Shown here: piece after piece, positions 23,612 to 31,422 of the stretch
Layout: every line of letters starts with the position of its first letter
Numbering within the stretch: position 1 is the first letter of the stretch
Assembly (NCBI GenBank): GCA_038889235.1
Contig: JAWAHN010000001.1
Location: 1,034,499-1,066,498, forward strand
Direction: 5' to 3'
Length of the DNA: 32,000 bases
Source of the DNA: Candidatus Jordarchaeales archaeon
GTDB lineage: Archaea > Asgardarchaeota > Jordiarchaeia > Jordiarchaeales > Freyrarchaeaceae
Notes under the pieces: generated by a model
Databases searched by the model: none
Seen by the model: only the letters and a program-made list of their open reading frames with translations
Told to the model about the DNA's origin: nothing
Position numbers and translations under genes: made by a program

Positions 23612-23999
23612 CCTTTCTTAGAGGGGTTTCGAAAATGCTTTCTATAAAGTAGTTTCCAGCATTGCACTTGTTGCACTCTCCCTCTTTTTTAAACACGTAG
23701 TCCCCTATTTCAAACTCTCTAACGATGTACGCCCCGCAATTATTGCAGCGTAGCACACTGATCGTTTTAGTCCCAAACTGTAGCTTTCTCTCTCTAGGCA
23801 GAGCTAAAAACACGTAGATGAGCAATATAAAAACCAGAACGCCGTATGAAAAGTAAACCCCTCGCTGAAAGTCAAGCCACTGAGTCAAACCGTAATAGAT
23901 CAAGTAGCCTCCAATTAACGCAACAACAATCCCGACAAGGATTAGCGCCAACCGCGTAAGTCTCTCCCCTTTCCTAACACTTTTCTGCAAAGCCCTCAC
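23583..23999 (-). CDS. Two-TM membrane protein with a C-terminal zinc ribbon
   Basis: Two TM helices, then CNNC…GDYVF…CNKC. Directly follows the DUF1512 gene. Confidence 0.7.
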   Translation of the reverse strand: MRALQKSVRKGERLTRLALILVGIVVALIGGYLIYYGLTQWLDFQRGVYFSYGVLVFILLIYVFLALPRERKLQFGTKTISVLRCNNCGAYIVREFEIGDYVFKKEGECNKCNAGNYFIESIFETPLRKAKERGKDRR

Positions 24000-24003
24000 T
24001 CTC

Positions 24004-25128
24004 CTAATTTCCTATACCAATACAATTCCCAACCCCGACCACGACTACTGCGTCCCCTTCACTTGTAAACCTCTCAATAATCTCTTTAACCCTTTCCTTT
24101 GCCTCCATAACCCCCTTAACAATCTCCTTCTTCATAGTGGTCAATGCCTCCTCGAGAGACATCTTGATAACTACTGCGTCAATAGCCACCTCCTCTTCCA
24201 CCGCTCCAACCTCAATCTTGTACTTATCAACCCCAGGGCCGCCTATAGCAGCCCCCACTCCTTCCACTACTTTCCCTGTGTCTTCCCCTTCAAACTTAAG
24301 TCCAGCATCGATCATAATTATTCTCCTAACTTTACCCCTTTTCTCCTTAAGAACTCGTAAGACCCCGTCGCCAGGTTTGCCAACCCTGCCGCCCGGTCCC
24401 TTTGCCCTCAAAATCACAACTTCTCTGCCCTTATACATTGCATCTGCTCGCACAAGTTCACCGTTGAAGTCCCTAAAACCTTCCTCTCCTTTAAGCTCTC
24501 TCACCAAAAGGGATGCTACTAGGGCTCCCGCGCCGTCGCCGATGGGTTTTCCATGATAGAAGGCGTTTAGAGCTTCACGGTAAGCCAGAGCTATTCTGCT
24601 GAGGAACGGAATCATAACCTGCAGTTGGGAGACCAATGCAATGTTCCCGCTCTCCCTGCTCATAATATAGTAGTGTCTCAAAATGAAAAATAACTGTCGT
24701 AATGCCGAAGCAGCTTCCAAAACCATTTCAAGGTTGGCGATACGTTCAGCGTCAGCCTGCAGGGCCACCTCTTCAATTAAGCCTCTAAACCTTATCCTTC
24801 TAACGTCCAAAAGGTGCTCCAGCCTCTTCAAAACTCCTACAGGATCTCTCTCTACTGGTTCAATGAAAACAAAGTCAAGCATTCTCTCGACAAATGCAGC
24901 CACCTCCTTATCTCCCCCAGATTCTCTAACTGCCCTAACAGCGATCTTTTTCCCTTCTTCACTCCACGCCTCAATCTGCCGCACGAAATCTCCAATCTGA
25001 AGAAGCCAAACTCGAACCTGAATTCTCGTGCCTCCTAAGATGAAGACCAAAAAGAACAACACGTAGATTAGGGTAATCAAAAGGAAAAGCGTTGGGTTTT
25101 GCTCACCGAGAAGTTGCAGCTGCAACAT
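24004..25128 (-). CDS. DUF1512 family protein
   Basis: N-terminal TM, IEPVERDPVGVLKRLEHLLD, KPIGDGAG, KGPGGRVGKPG, IDAGLKFEGE, GVGNCIGIG. Start moved to ATG 25128 (AGGTG SD) because the longer ORF runs through the tRNA. Confidence 0.85.
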   Translation of the reverse strand: MLQLQLLGEQNPTLFLLITLIYVLFFLVFILGGTRIQVRVWLLQIGDFVRQIEAWSEEGKKIAVRAVRESGGDKEVAAFVERMLDFVFIEPVERDPVGVLKRLEHLLDVRRIRFRGLIEEVALQADAERIANLEMVLEAASALRQLFFILRHYYIMSRESGNIALVSQLQVMIPFLSRIALAYREALNAFYHGKPIGDGAGALVASLLVRELKGEEGFRDFNGELVRADAMYKGREVVILRAKGPGGRVGKPGDGVLRVLKEKRGKVRRIIMIDAGLKFEGEDTGKVVEGVGAAIGGPGVDKYKIEVGAVEEEVAIDAVVIKMSLEEALTTMKKEIVKGVMEAKERVKEIIERFTSEGDAVVVVGVGNCIGIGN

Positions 25129-25255
25129 AGACTGACACCTGGAACCAAAAAGGAAAAGCATGCATTTTAAAATATCGGTTTCGGTGAGAAATAGCAGGAA
25201 AATTCGCCGAAAAAAGAGTAAGTATATCCCCCCGCCCGGATTTGAACCGGGGACC

Positions 25256-25277
25256 TTAGGCTGAAACTCACTAACTA
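25256..25277 (-). other. tRNA-Tyr intron 3 (22 nt, 44/45)
   Basis: Central GGGU/GCCU (two G-U pairs), bulges AU^U and AA^G, outer GAC/GUC. The 5' strand lies inside intron 2. Confidence 0.55.
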
Positions 25278-25278
25278 A

Positions 25279-25304
25279 TACCCGTCTCCGGTTTTTCCGG
25301 AGTT
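25279..25304 (-). other. tRNA-Tyr intron 2 (26 nt, 43/44)
   Basis: Inner hairpin CUCCGG-AAAAA-CCGGAG, central ACCG/CGGG (one A.G mismatch), bulges AG^A and UA^U. Confidence 0.65.
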
Positions 25305-25310
25305 CTCGGT

Positions 25311-25356
25311 GTCTGTGCAAGCGCCGGCTGGGCTCGCCGCGCCTGAGGGCACAGCG
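25311..25356 (-). other. tRNA-Tyr intron 1 (46 nt, canonical 37/38)
   Basis: Strict BHB: CUGU/ACAG central helix, bulges AG^C and AC^A, outer CUCGG/CCGAG. Confidence 0.9.
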
Positions 25357-25506
25357 CTACAGCCGAGCGCTCTACCACTAAGCTACGGGGGGATGCCATT
25401 ATCATCACTTATGTTCCTGTTATTTATTTTTTTCGAGCTCGAAAGGTTATTATTTTTATACCATAAATTTCACTTAGAACGTTTTCCGTGTCATTTGGGT
25501 GGTATT

Positions 25507-26601
25507 TTGCCGTCTGTCGAGCTAGTTAATGTTTCTAAACGCTTTGGAAGGATAGTTGCTGTTGATAACGTTAGTTTGAGGATAGAAGATGGCGAGTATG
25601 TTGCCCTAGTGGGCCCGAGTGGTTGTGGTAAAACAACAACCTTGCGTATAATTGCTGGATTGGTGAAACCCGACGAAGGTAAAGTTTTAATAGACGGCGT
25701 GGATGTTAGCAACCTCCCCCCAGAGGAAAGGGGGATTGGGTTTGTTTTCCAGAACTACGCGCTGTTTCCCCACATGACTGTTTGGGAAAACGTGACCTAT
25801 GGACCGTGGGTTAGAGGGTGGGACGAGCAAAAGATGAGTGACGTTGCAAACGAAGTGCTGTCTCTCGTTAATTTACGCGGCCGTGAAGACGCTTACCCTA
25901 GAGAGTTAAGTGGGGGAATGCAGCAGCGTGTGGCCTTATCGAGAGCACTAGCAACCGAAACCCGCCTTCTCTTGCTAGATGAACCACTTGGAGCACTAGA
26001 CGCTAGGATAAGAGTTGAGTTAAGGCGTGAGATTAGGCGGCTTGTTAAAGACCTAGAAGTAACAGCTATTCACGTTACTCACGATACAGAAGAAGCCCTG
26101 ATGGTTAGCGATAAGATAGTTGTTATGAGGCGGGGAAAGATTGAGCAGGTAGGCTCTCCAAAAGAAATTTACCTTAGGCCGAAAACGCTATTCGTGGCGG
26201 GTTTTGTGGGTGAAATGAACTTCCTCAGCGGGATTGTTATCGAGAAAACCAGTGGTTTAGCCACCGTTAAGTTGGAAGGGAGTAAAGACTGTGTTGTCGC
26301 AAAAGACGAAAATGATGCGTTTAAAAAAGGTAGCAGAGTGGTCGTCGCTATAAGGCCAGAAAATGTCACTATAGGAAACGTTGAAGAGGCCTCCCCGAAG
26401 GGCGAAATTGAAGACCTATTCTTTTTAGGCTCATTCATCAAAGCAGTGGTACTACTCACCAACAATGTGAGAGTGGCAGCATACGTTTCTCCCAACGCCT
26501 CGATAAAAGTCGGCGACCGTGTCTCAATATTCTTTGACCCTATGGATTGCATACTTTTTGCGCATCCAGGCATCCCGTTGGAGGAAGCCCTGAAGGGCTA
26601 A
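25507..26601 (+). CDS. ABC transporter ATP-binding protein (PotA/MalK/CysA-like, C-terminal TOBE)
   Basis: GPSGCGKTT, FQNYALFPH, LSGGMQQR, LLLLDEP, HVTHD. Start moved to TTG 25507 because the longer ORF overlaps the tRNA. Confidence 0.92.
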   Translation: MPSVELVNVSKRFGRIVAVDNVSLRIEDGEYVALVGPSGCGKTTTLRIIAGLVKPDEGKVLIDGVDVSNLPPEERGIGFVFQNYALFPHMTVWENVTYGPWVRGWDEQKMSDVANEVLSLVNLRGREDAYPRELSGGMQQRVALSRALATETRLLLLDEPLGALDARIRVELRREIRRLVKDLEVTAIHVTHDTEEALMVSDKIVVMRRGKIEQVGSPKEIYLRPKTLFVAGFVGEMNFLSGIVIEKTSGLATVKLEGSKDCVVAKDENDAFKKGSRVVVAIRPENVTIGNVEEASPKGEIEDLFFLGSFIKAVVLLTNNVRVAAYVSPNASIKVGDRVSIFFDPMDCILFAHPGIPLEEALKG

Positions 26602-26604
26602 CTA

Positions 26605-27510
26605 TCACTTTAGTGTTTTCCTGAAAAGGAGGGTCCCAATCGCCAAGAAAGTGCCTGTAAACACCGAGATCGCTGTTAAGTCCTTTAAAAGTCTCGGTGC
26701 TATATCTGCGAGGGAGTACGGGTAACCCAAGACGGAATATGGTCCCCCGAGCAGGCAAAGTCTCAATGCATCGACAAGGTATGTGAGCGGATTCCCATAG
26801 GCAATCAACTGGAGCCAGCCGGGCATCGCTTCTACAGGCATGAATGCGCCGCTAGAGATGAATAATGGAAGCGTTATCATGTTTATTATTCCAAATAACG
26901 CTTCTTGGTCTGCTAACTTAATTCCTAGGGACATAGAGAAGGCTCCAAGGCCGAGACTTAAAAGGAATATAAAGAACAATGCTAGCAATACCCCAATTAT
27001 CCCTGTCCTTACCTTTGCTCCAATGAGAAAGCTCAAGCCAAGTATTATAACTCCTTGAATAACGCCTCTTATCGTTGCGTACATTGTTTTCCCGAGCAGT
27101 ATCGATAGTCTGGGAATTGGGGCTACGAGGAGTTTGTTAAGAAAACCAAAGCGCTTATCCCATATTATCGATAGCCCGCTGAAAATACATGCGAACATCA
27201 CCGTTACCCCAACCACACCAGAGTAGAAGAAGTCTAAGTATGAGATTCCCAGAAGACTGTTGACGACGATGCTTTGCAACGGATCAAGGTTTAAGCTTGA
27301 AGTCAGGAGTGAAAGAAAGAGTGCTCTTTCCCCGCCGATCACAATGTTCAAAATACTTATTCCTCCAAACCCGGAGGACATCAAGTTCATTGAATAGCCA
27401 AAAAAGACAAGCCATATTATTGGTGTAACTATACTTGACACTATCTGTACTCTCATCCTGATGAAGTGTTTAAGTTCCCGTTCGCACACATACAACGCTT
27501 CCATTAACAT
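26605..27510 (-). CDS. ABC-2 type exporter permease (DrrB-like)
   Basis: WDKRFGFLNKLLVAPIPR, LFISSGAFMPVEAMPGWLQ, NPLTYLVDALR. Confidence 0.92.
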   Translation of the reverse strand: MLMEALYVCERELKHFIRMRVQIVSSIVTPIIWLVFFGYSMNLMSSGFGGISILNIVIGGERALFLSLLTSSLNLDPLQSIVVNSLLGISYLDFFYSGVVGVTVMFACIFSGLSIIWDKRFGFLNKLLVAPIPRLSILLGKTMYATIRGVIQGVIILGLSFLIGAKVRTGIIGVLLALFFIFLLSLGLGAFSMSLGIKLADQEALFGIINMITLPLFISSGAFMPVEAMPGWLQLIAYGNPLTYLVDALRLCLLGGPYSVLGYPYSLADIAPRLLKDLTAISVFTGTFLAIGTLLFRKTLK

Positions 27511-27511
27511 G

Positions 27512-28504
27512 CTACCTTCTCCTCCTTTTCATCAGCATGTGCTGTTTATATCTTTCAATCCAGTCGGTTTTCTCGCTCCCCAAGCTTCTCCCCGTGTATT
27601 TAATGAAGACGTCGTCAAGCGTAGGTCTGCTTAAAAAGATGGACTCTATGCTCACTCCAAGCTTTTGCGCTTCCTCAAATATCAACGGTATTGTTTTTTC
27701 GCCGTTTTTAACTGTTATTCTCAACGTACCGTTTTGACTAGATACATTGCTTACAAAAGGAAGGCTGAGCAGTCTTTCCGAAAACCTTGCCGTGTCATCC
27801 GTCCTTATGATCAGTATATCGCCCCCCACTCCCTCCTTAAGCTCGTTAGGTTTGCCTACAACTCTGATCTCACCAGCGTCAATAATTGCTATCCTGTTGC
27901 AGAGCCTGTCAGCTTCATCCATGTAGTGCGTCGTTAGAAAAATCGTCACTCCTTCTTTGTTCAGCTCCCTTAACTGCTCCCATATCAAAATCCTGCTCGC
28001 CGGATCCAGTCCTATAGTCGGTTCATCTAGAAACAGTACTTCAGGATTGTGAAGCAGTCCCTCTGCGATTTCCAACCTGCGTCTCATTCCACCAGAAAAC
28101 GTCTTAACAAGACTATCTGCTCTCTCTTGCAGTCCGACGAGCTCTAGCAGCTCCTCAATTCTTTTCTCTCTGACAGCTTTTGGTATATGGTACAACTTGG
28201 CATGCAGCTCTAAGTTCTCTCTGGCCGTCAGATCATCGTCAACACTTATATCCTGAGGAACGAAGCCTATCTTCCTTCTAACATCATCGGGTCTCTCTAC
28301 AACGTCGAACCCACATACTTTAGCTGAGCCACTTGTCGGAGCAGTCAATGTGCATAAAATGTGAACCGTTGTAGTTTTCCCTGCTCCGTTCGGACCGAGA
28401 AAGCCGAAAATTTCCCCTTCCTCCACCTCAAAGCTTATTCCCTTTAAAGCAACAACATTCGCGTTATACACCTTTCTGAGGTTTTTCACTTCAATAATAG
28501 GCAC
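27512..28504 (-). CDS. ABC exporter ATP-binding protein (DrrA-like)
   Basis: GPNGAGKTT, FSGGMRRRLEIA, LFLDEPTIGLDP, TTHYMDEA, RPTLDDVFIKYTG. Confidence 0.95.
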   Translation of the reverse strand: MPIIEVKNLRKVYNANVVALKGISFEVEEGEIFGFLGPNGAGKTTTVHILCTLTAPTSGSAKVCGFDVVERPDDVRRKIGFVPQDISVDDDLTARENLELHAKLYHIPKAVREKRIEELLELVGLQERADSLVKTFSGGMRRRLEIAEGLLHNPEVLFLDEPTIGLDPASRILIWEQLRELNKEGVTIFLTTHYMDEADRLCNRIAIIDAGEIRVVGKPNELKEGVGGDILIIRTDDTARFSERLLSLPFVSNVSSQNGTLRITVKNGEKTIPLIFEEAQKLGVSIESIFLSRPTLDDVFIKYTGRSLGSEKTDWIERYKQHMLMKRRRR

Positions 28505-28689
28505 CTAGATCCCCTCAAATCTGCATTACTTTTAAGAGAGCAGGTCATGAAACCCCGTTCCCCCCAGCTCCCTATATAGTTTTTCTACCCCCTTTTGGTC
28601 ATCAAAAATTCTCTTTTTCTGTCGCCTGGTGCCTAACATTAAAAAGAACGAGCATGTAAGGATATCTGGACAGCTTCACAAACTTAAAG

Positions 28690-29787
28690 GTGAAAGAAGA
28701 AATGTTTAACTACTCAAGTCAAACTATAATTTATATTGTAAGCTACATTCTCATTTTAGTGTTGTGTTTCCTAATAAGCTACAGGCAAGAGTTAATTTTT
28801 ACATTAGAATTTAGAAAGGTAAAACATTTTCTAAACAAATTAGGAAAAATGGAAAACTCTCTTAAGGAGCTCTTCGAGAAAGAATTTGCCCGCTTTGCCC
28901 CTCCTGATCGTGTAAAGCAAATCTACGAGCAAGTGTCCAACTTCTTCGTAATACTTCCCGAAGAATCGGATCCTGTGGGATCGGTTCGCCGGCTTAAACA
29001 CATCCTAGAATCTGTAAGAGAACAAATAGAGAAAGAAGTAAGTTTGTTCACGGCAATAGATAATGAAGAAGATAAGTCCACTATGAAACAAGTGTTCATA
29101 GAATTATCTCGCTTGGGAAGAATACATAAGCTGGTTAAACACCTTTACATAACGGGTTCAAAATCAAAAAACCTGGCGGGGCTTATTCAAGCACTTTTCC
29201 AACTCCCCTTCTTAGAGCTCACAGCAGAAAGGTGCTTCAACATACTAAAGTGCTACCTTCAGGAACCCAAAAAACCCATTGGGTACGGAATAGGCCCTCT
29301 GGTGGCTAAGTCTTTAATGAAAAATGCAGAGAGAATCGATGTTAGAAAAGGCGGAGTGGTTGCAGAAAAAACCCTAAACGGAAAGCGCGTAATAATAGTC
29401 AGGCCGAAAGGTCCTGGCGCAAGAACAGAAGAAGACGTAAGCGAAGTTTTACTGGAGGAAGTACGCAAGTGCAAGAATCCATCAATAATCCTAATATCCG
29501 CTCAACCAAAGCTTAAGGGAGAAAACGGGGTTAAAGTGGTTCAAGGAGTAGGCGTAGCTGCGGTATATGAACCATTAAAATTCGAGCTAGAATCGATAGC
29601 CTCAAGAAAGAAGCTTTCCTTGATCTCAGTTTTAGTAAAGCTATCTGACAAAGAGCTTTCAAGCAAAATTAATGACCATTCAAATTTCATAATCGCGGAA
29701 ACGTTGACGACTGTGGAGGAGCTTGTTAAAAAACTGCCTGAACCGATAATAATTGTTGGGCTAGGTAACTCTTTCATGATCCCGTGA
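28690..29787 (+). CDS. Divergent DUF1512 paralog
   Basis: Collinear with 24004..25128: ILPEESDPVGSVRRLKHILE, KPIGYGIG, KGPGAR, ISAQPKLKGE, GLGNSFMIP. Confidence 0.75.
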   Translation: MKEEMFNYSSQTIIYIVSYILILVLCFLISYRQELIFTLEFRKVKHFLNKLGKMENSLKELFEKEFARFAPPDRVKQIYEQVSNFFVILPEESDPVGSVRRLKHILESVREQIEKEVSLFTAIDNEEDKSTMKQVFIELSRLGRIHKLVKHLYITGSKSKNLAGLIQALFQLPFLELTAERCFNILKCYLQEPKKPIGYGIGPLVAKSLMKNAERIDVRKGGVVAEKTLNGKRVIIVRPKGPGARTEEDVSEVLLEEVRKCKNPSIILISAQPKLKGENGVKVVQGVGVAAVYEPLKFELESIASRKKLSLISVLVKLSDKELSSKINDHSNFIIAETLTTVEELVKKLPEPIIIVGLGNSFMIP

Positions 29788-29823
29788 AAGTCAGTTAATA
29801 ATTTTTCAAAGCAGCTTTCACTG

Positions 29824-30456
29824 TCACTCTTCTCCCTTCAATGCCGCAATCACTCCATCTGGCTTGGCGTGGTTTTTACTCAAGTCTTCCTCTTTCTTCC
29901 CTGTTTTTTCCATCAGTTCTGCAATTAATCCGTCCAGAAACGCTAGGACATTGCTTTCGAAAAGTGTTCCCAATGGAGTTAGGGGAAAGTGTTCACCTTT
30001 TATTTGTCGAGAAAGGTAATCGCCCTCTATGTCGCTTTTTGTCCTTCCCTTTACTACAACAACATGGTCAGCCATTTTGCCAAGGGGTGAGTCTGGATAC
30101 GAAGTGATGGCCACGACTTTTGCTCCTATTTCTTCCTTCGCTATCTTCGTGGTTTCCAGTACAAGTTTTGTAGTGCCAGATCCACTAATTGCTATAAGAA
30201 TATCTCCTTCTCTAACTGCAGGGGTTATTGTTTCCCCAACAACAAAGACTTCGTATCCGAGGTGCATGAGGCGCATTGCAAAAGCGCGCCCCATTAACCC
30301 TGATCTCCCCGCCCCTGCGACAAAAACCCTCTTTTTCTTCCTCCAAACTTCAAGCAAAAGCTCAACTAGTTTATCCACTTCCTCATCATTAATGTTTTCT
30401 ATGCAGTCCGAAATTGACCTACAAATTTCAAGCATAGCCCTTTTTAAAGTTCTCAA
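29824..30456 (-). CDS. hxlB: 6-phospho-3-hexuloisomerase (SIS domain, RuMP pathway)
   Basis: VAGAGRSGLMGRAFAMRLMHLG, VVGETITP, ISGSGTT, PLGTLFE. Start is TTG 30456 or ATG 30435. Confidence 0.92.
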   Translation of the reverse strand: MRTLKRAMLEICRSISDCIENINDEEVDKLVELLLEVWRKKKRVFVAGAGRSGLMGRAFAMRLMHLGYEVFVVGETITPAVREGDILIAISGSGTTKLVLETTKIAKEEIGAKVVAITSYPDSPLGKMADHVVVVKGRTKSDIEGDYLSRQIKGEHFPLTPLGTLFESNVLAFLDGLIAELMEKTGKKEEDLSKNHAKPDGVIAALKGEE

Positions 30457-30494
30457 GGCTATGACGCTCTTCAGCGTTTTTCGACCTCTTATCG

Positions 30495-30538
30495 AGGTAA
30501 TCCCTAATAAAAACTTTTTTATTAAGCAGGTAATCCCT
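30495..30538. repeat. Two 11-bp direct repeats (AGGTAATCCCT) flanking an AT-rich palindrome in the divergent hxlB/osmC intergenic region
   Basis: Copies at 30495-30505 and 30528-30538; TAATAAAAA-CT-TTTTTATTA at 30505-30524. Confidence 0.6.
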
Positions 30539-30586
30539 TCCACGTAGAAGGGGGCCGCCTTCCTACCAATTTCTCGGTGACTGGAT

Positions 30587-31060
30587 ATGGGACGTGGTAA
30601 ATCAAAGTTCTTCGAGGCCGAGCTTAATTGGGTTAAAAACTTCATTTTCGAAATCTCAGTAAACAATTTCCCTAAATTTTACATGGATGAACTTCAACCA
30701 GTTGGAGAAGACTCCGCCCCTAATCCTGCAGATTACTTACTCGTCTCCGTGGGAGGCTGTATAGCGTCTTCTTTCTTATATTCCGCGCTAAAGTTCAGAA
30801 TCCCTCTTAAAAAGTTGCAGATTAAGGTTCGAGGCGAGTACGTTCGAAAGAACAACCTAATACGGGTTGGTAGAATAAACGTTGAATTACATGCAGACTT
30901 AGACGTCGAAAAGACTTCTTTTGAAGATCTAGAGTTTTGTGTAAACTCTTTCAGGAAGTACTGTTTTATTTCAGAATCAGTGAAAGAAGGAATCCCGATA
31001 GATATCTCACTCATAATAGGAGATCGCGTCTTGAAAGTACCTTCTCACGAAGAGGAGTGA
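30587..31060 (+). CDS. OsmC/Ohr family protein
   Basis: PNPADYLLVSVGGCIASS and second Cys YCFISES. SD GGTGA. Confidence 0.85.
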   Translation: MGRGKSKFFEAELNWVKNFIFEISVNNFPKFYMDELQPVGEDSAPNPADYLLVSVGGCIASSFLYSALKFRIPLKKLQIKVRGEYVRKNNLIRVGRINVELHADLDVEKTSFEDLEFCVNSFRKYCFISESVKEGIPIDISLIIGDRVLKVPSHEEE

Positions 31061-31410
31061 ATGATTTCCTTGTAAAGTCTTTTAAGTTTTGGACAAATTT
31101 CCTTTAATTCTCTCCTAGTAACTGTATGGCTGTTCGGACAAAGTTCGTCGCGAATGCACTTCCTTCCATCTTCCGAGAGGACAACCGGGTAGTAACGGCA
31201 TCCTTCTGGCCTGTCCTCATAAACACTGCATAATCCATCTTTCAGAAAGAAGCAAGCTCCATTTACATTCCTCAGTTGGTAGACTCCGCTTGGAAGCCTA
31301 ATAGCGAACTCTTCTCGTTTGAATCCTCTTCGTTCAAGTCTCTTAATATCTCTTATAGAAAGGAGCATTTGTGTGTCGTGGCAACACTTAGCACACTTGC
31401 TACACTTCAT
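31045..31410 (-). CDS. YkgJ family (CxxCxxCC) cysteine-cluster protein
   Basis: CSKCAKCC, CFFL, CSVYEDRPEGCRYYP. Confidence 0.9.
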   Translation of the reverse strand: MKCSKCAKCCHDTQMLLSIRDIKRLERRGFKREEFAIRLPSGVYQLRNVNGACFFLKDGLCSVYEDRPEGCRYYPVVLSEDGRKCIRDELCPNSHTVTRRELKEICPKLKRLYKEIIHSSS

Positions 31411-31422
31411 AGTCTCCCGCCG

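Larger units (their letters stand above)
25227..25392 (-). tRNA. tRNA-Tyr(GUA) with three introns (37/38, 43/44, 44/45); 72-nt mature body, CCA not encoded
   Basis: Reconstructed mature tRNA: CCCCCCG TA GCTT AGTGGTA GAGC G CTCGG CTGTAGA CCGAG TGGTC CCCGG TTCAAAT CCGGG CGGGGGG A. Has the C1:G72/A73 Tyr identity elements. Exons 25392..25357, 25310..25305, 25278, 25255..25227. Confidence 0.88.

Noticed and set aside
25129-25506. Long N-terminal extensions of ORFs 24004..25320 and 25309..26601
   Set aside because: Both run through the tRNA-Tyr gene; better starts with SD-like motifs exist at 25128 and 25507.
25200-28600. Integrated element at tRNA-Tyr
   Set aside because: No integrase, no duplicated tRNA 3' end (att site) and no obvious compositional shift; flanking genes are ordinary transporters.
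30457-30666. 70-aa N-terminal extension of hxlB
   Set aside because: It overlaps the osmC start and the divergent promoter region; SIS-domain similarity begins only near LRTLKRAM.
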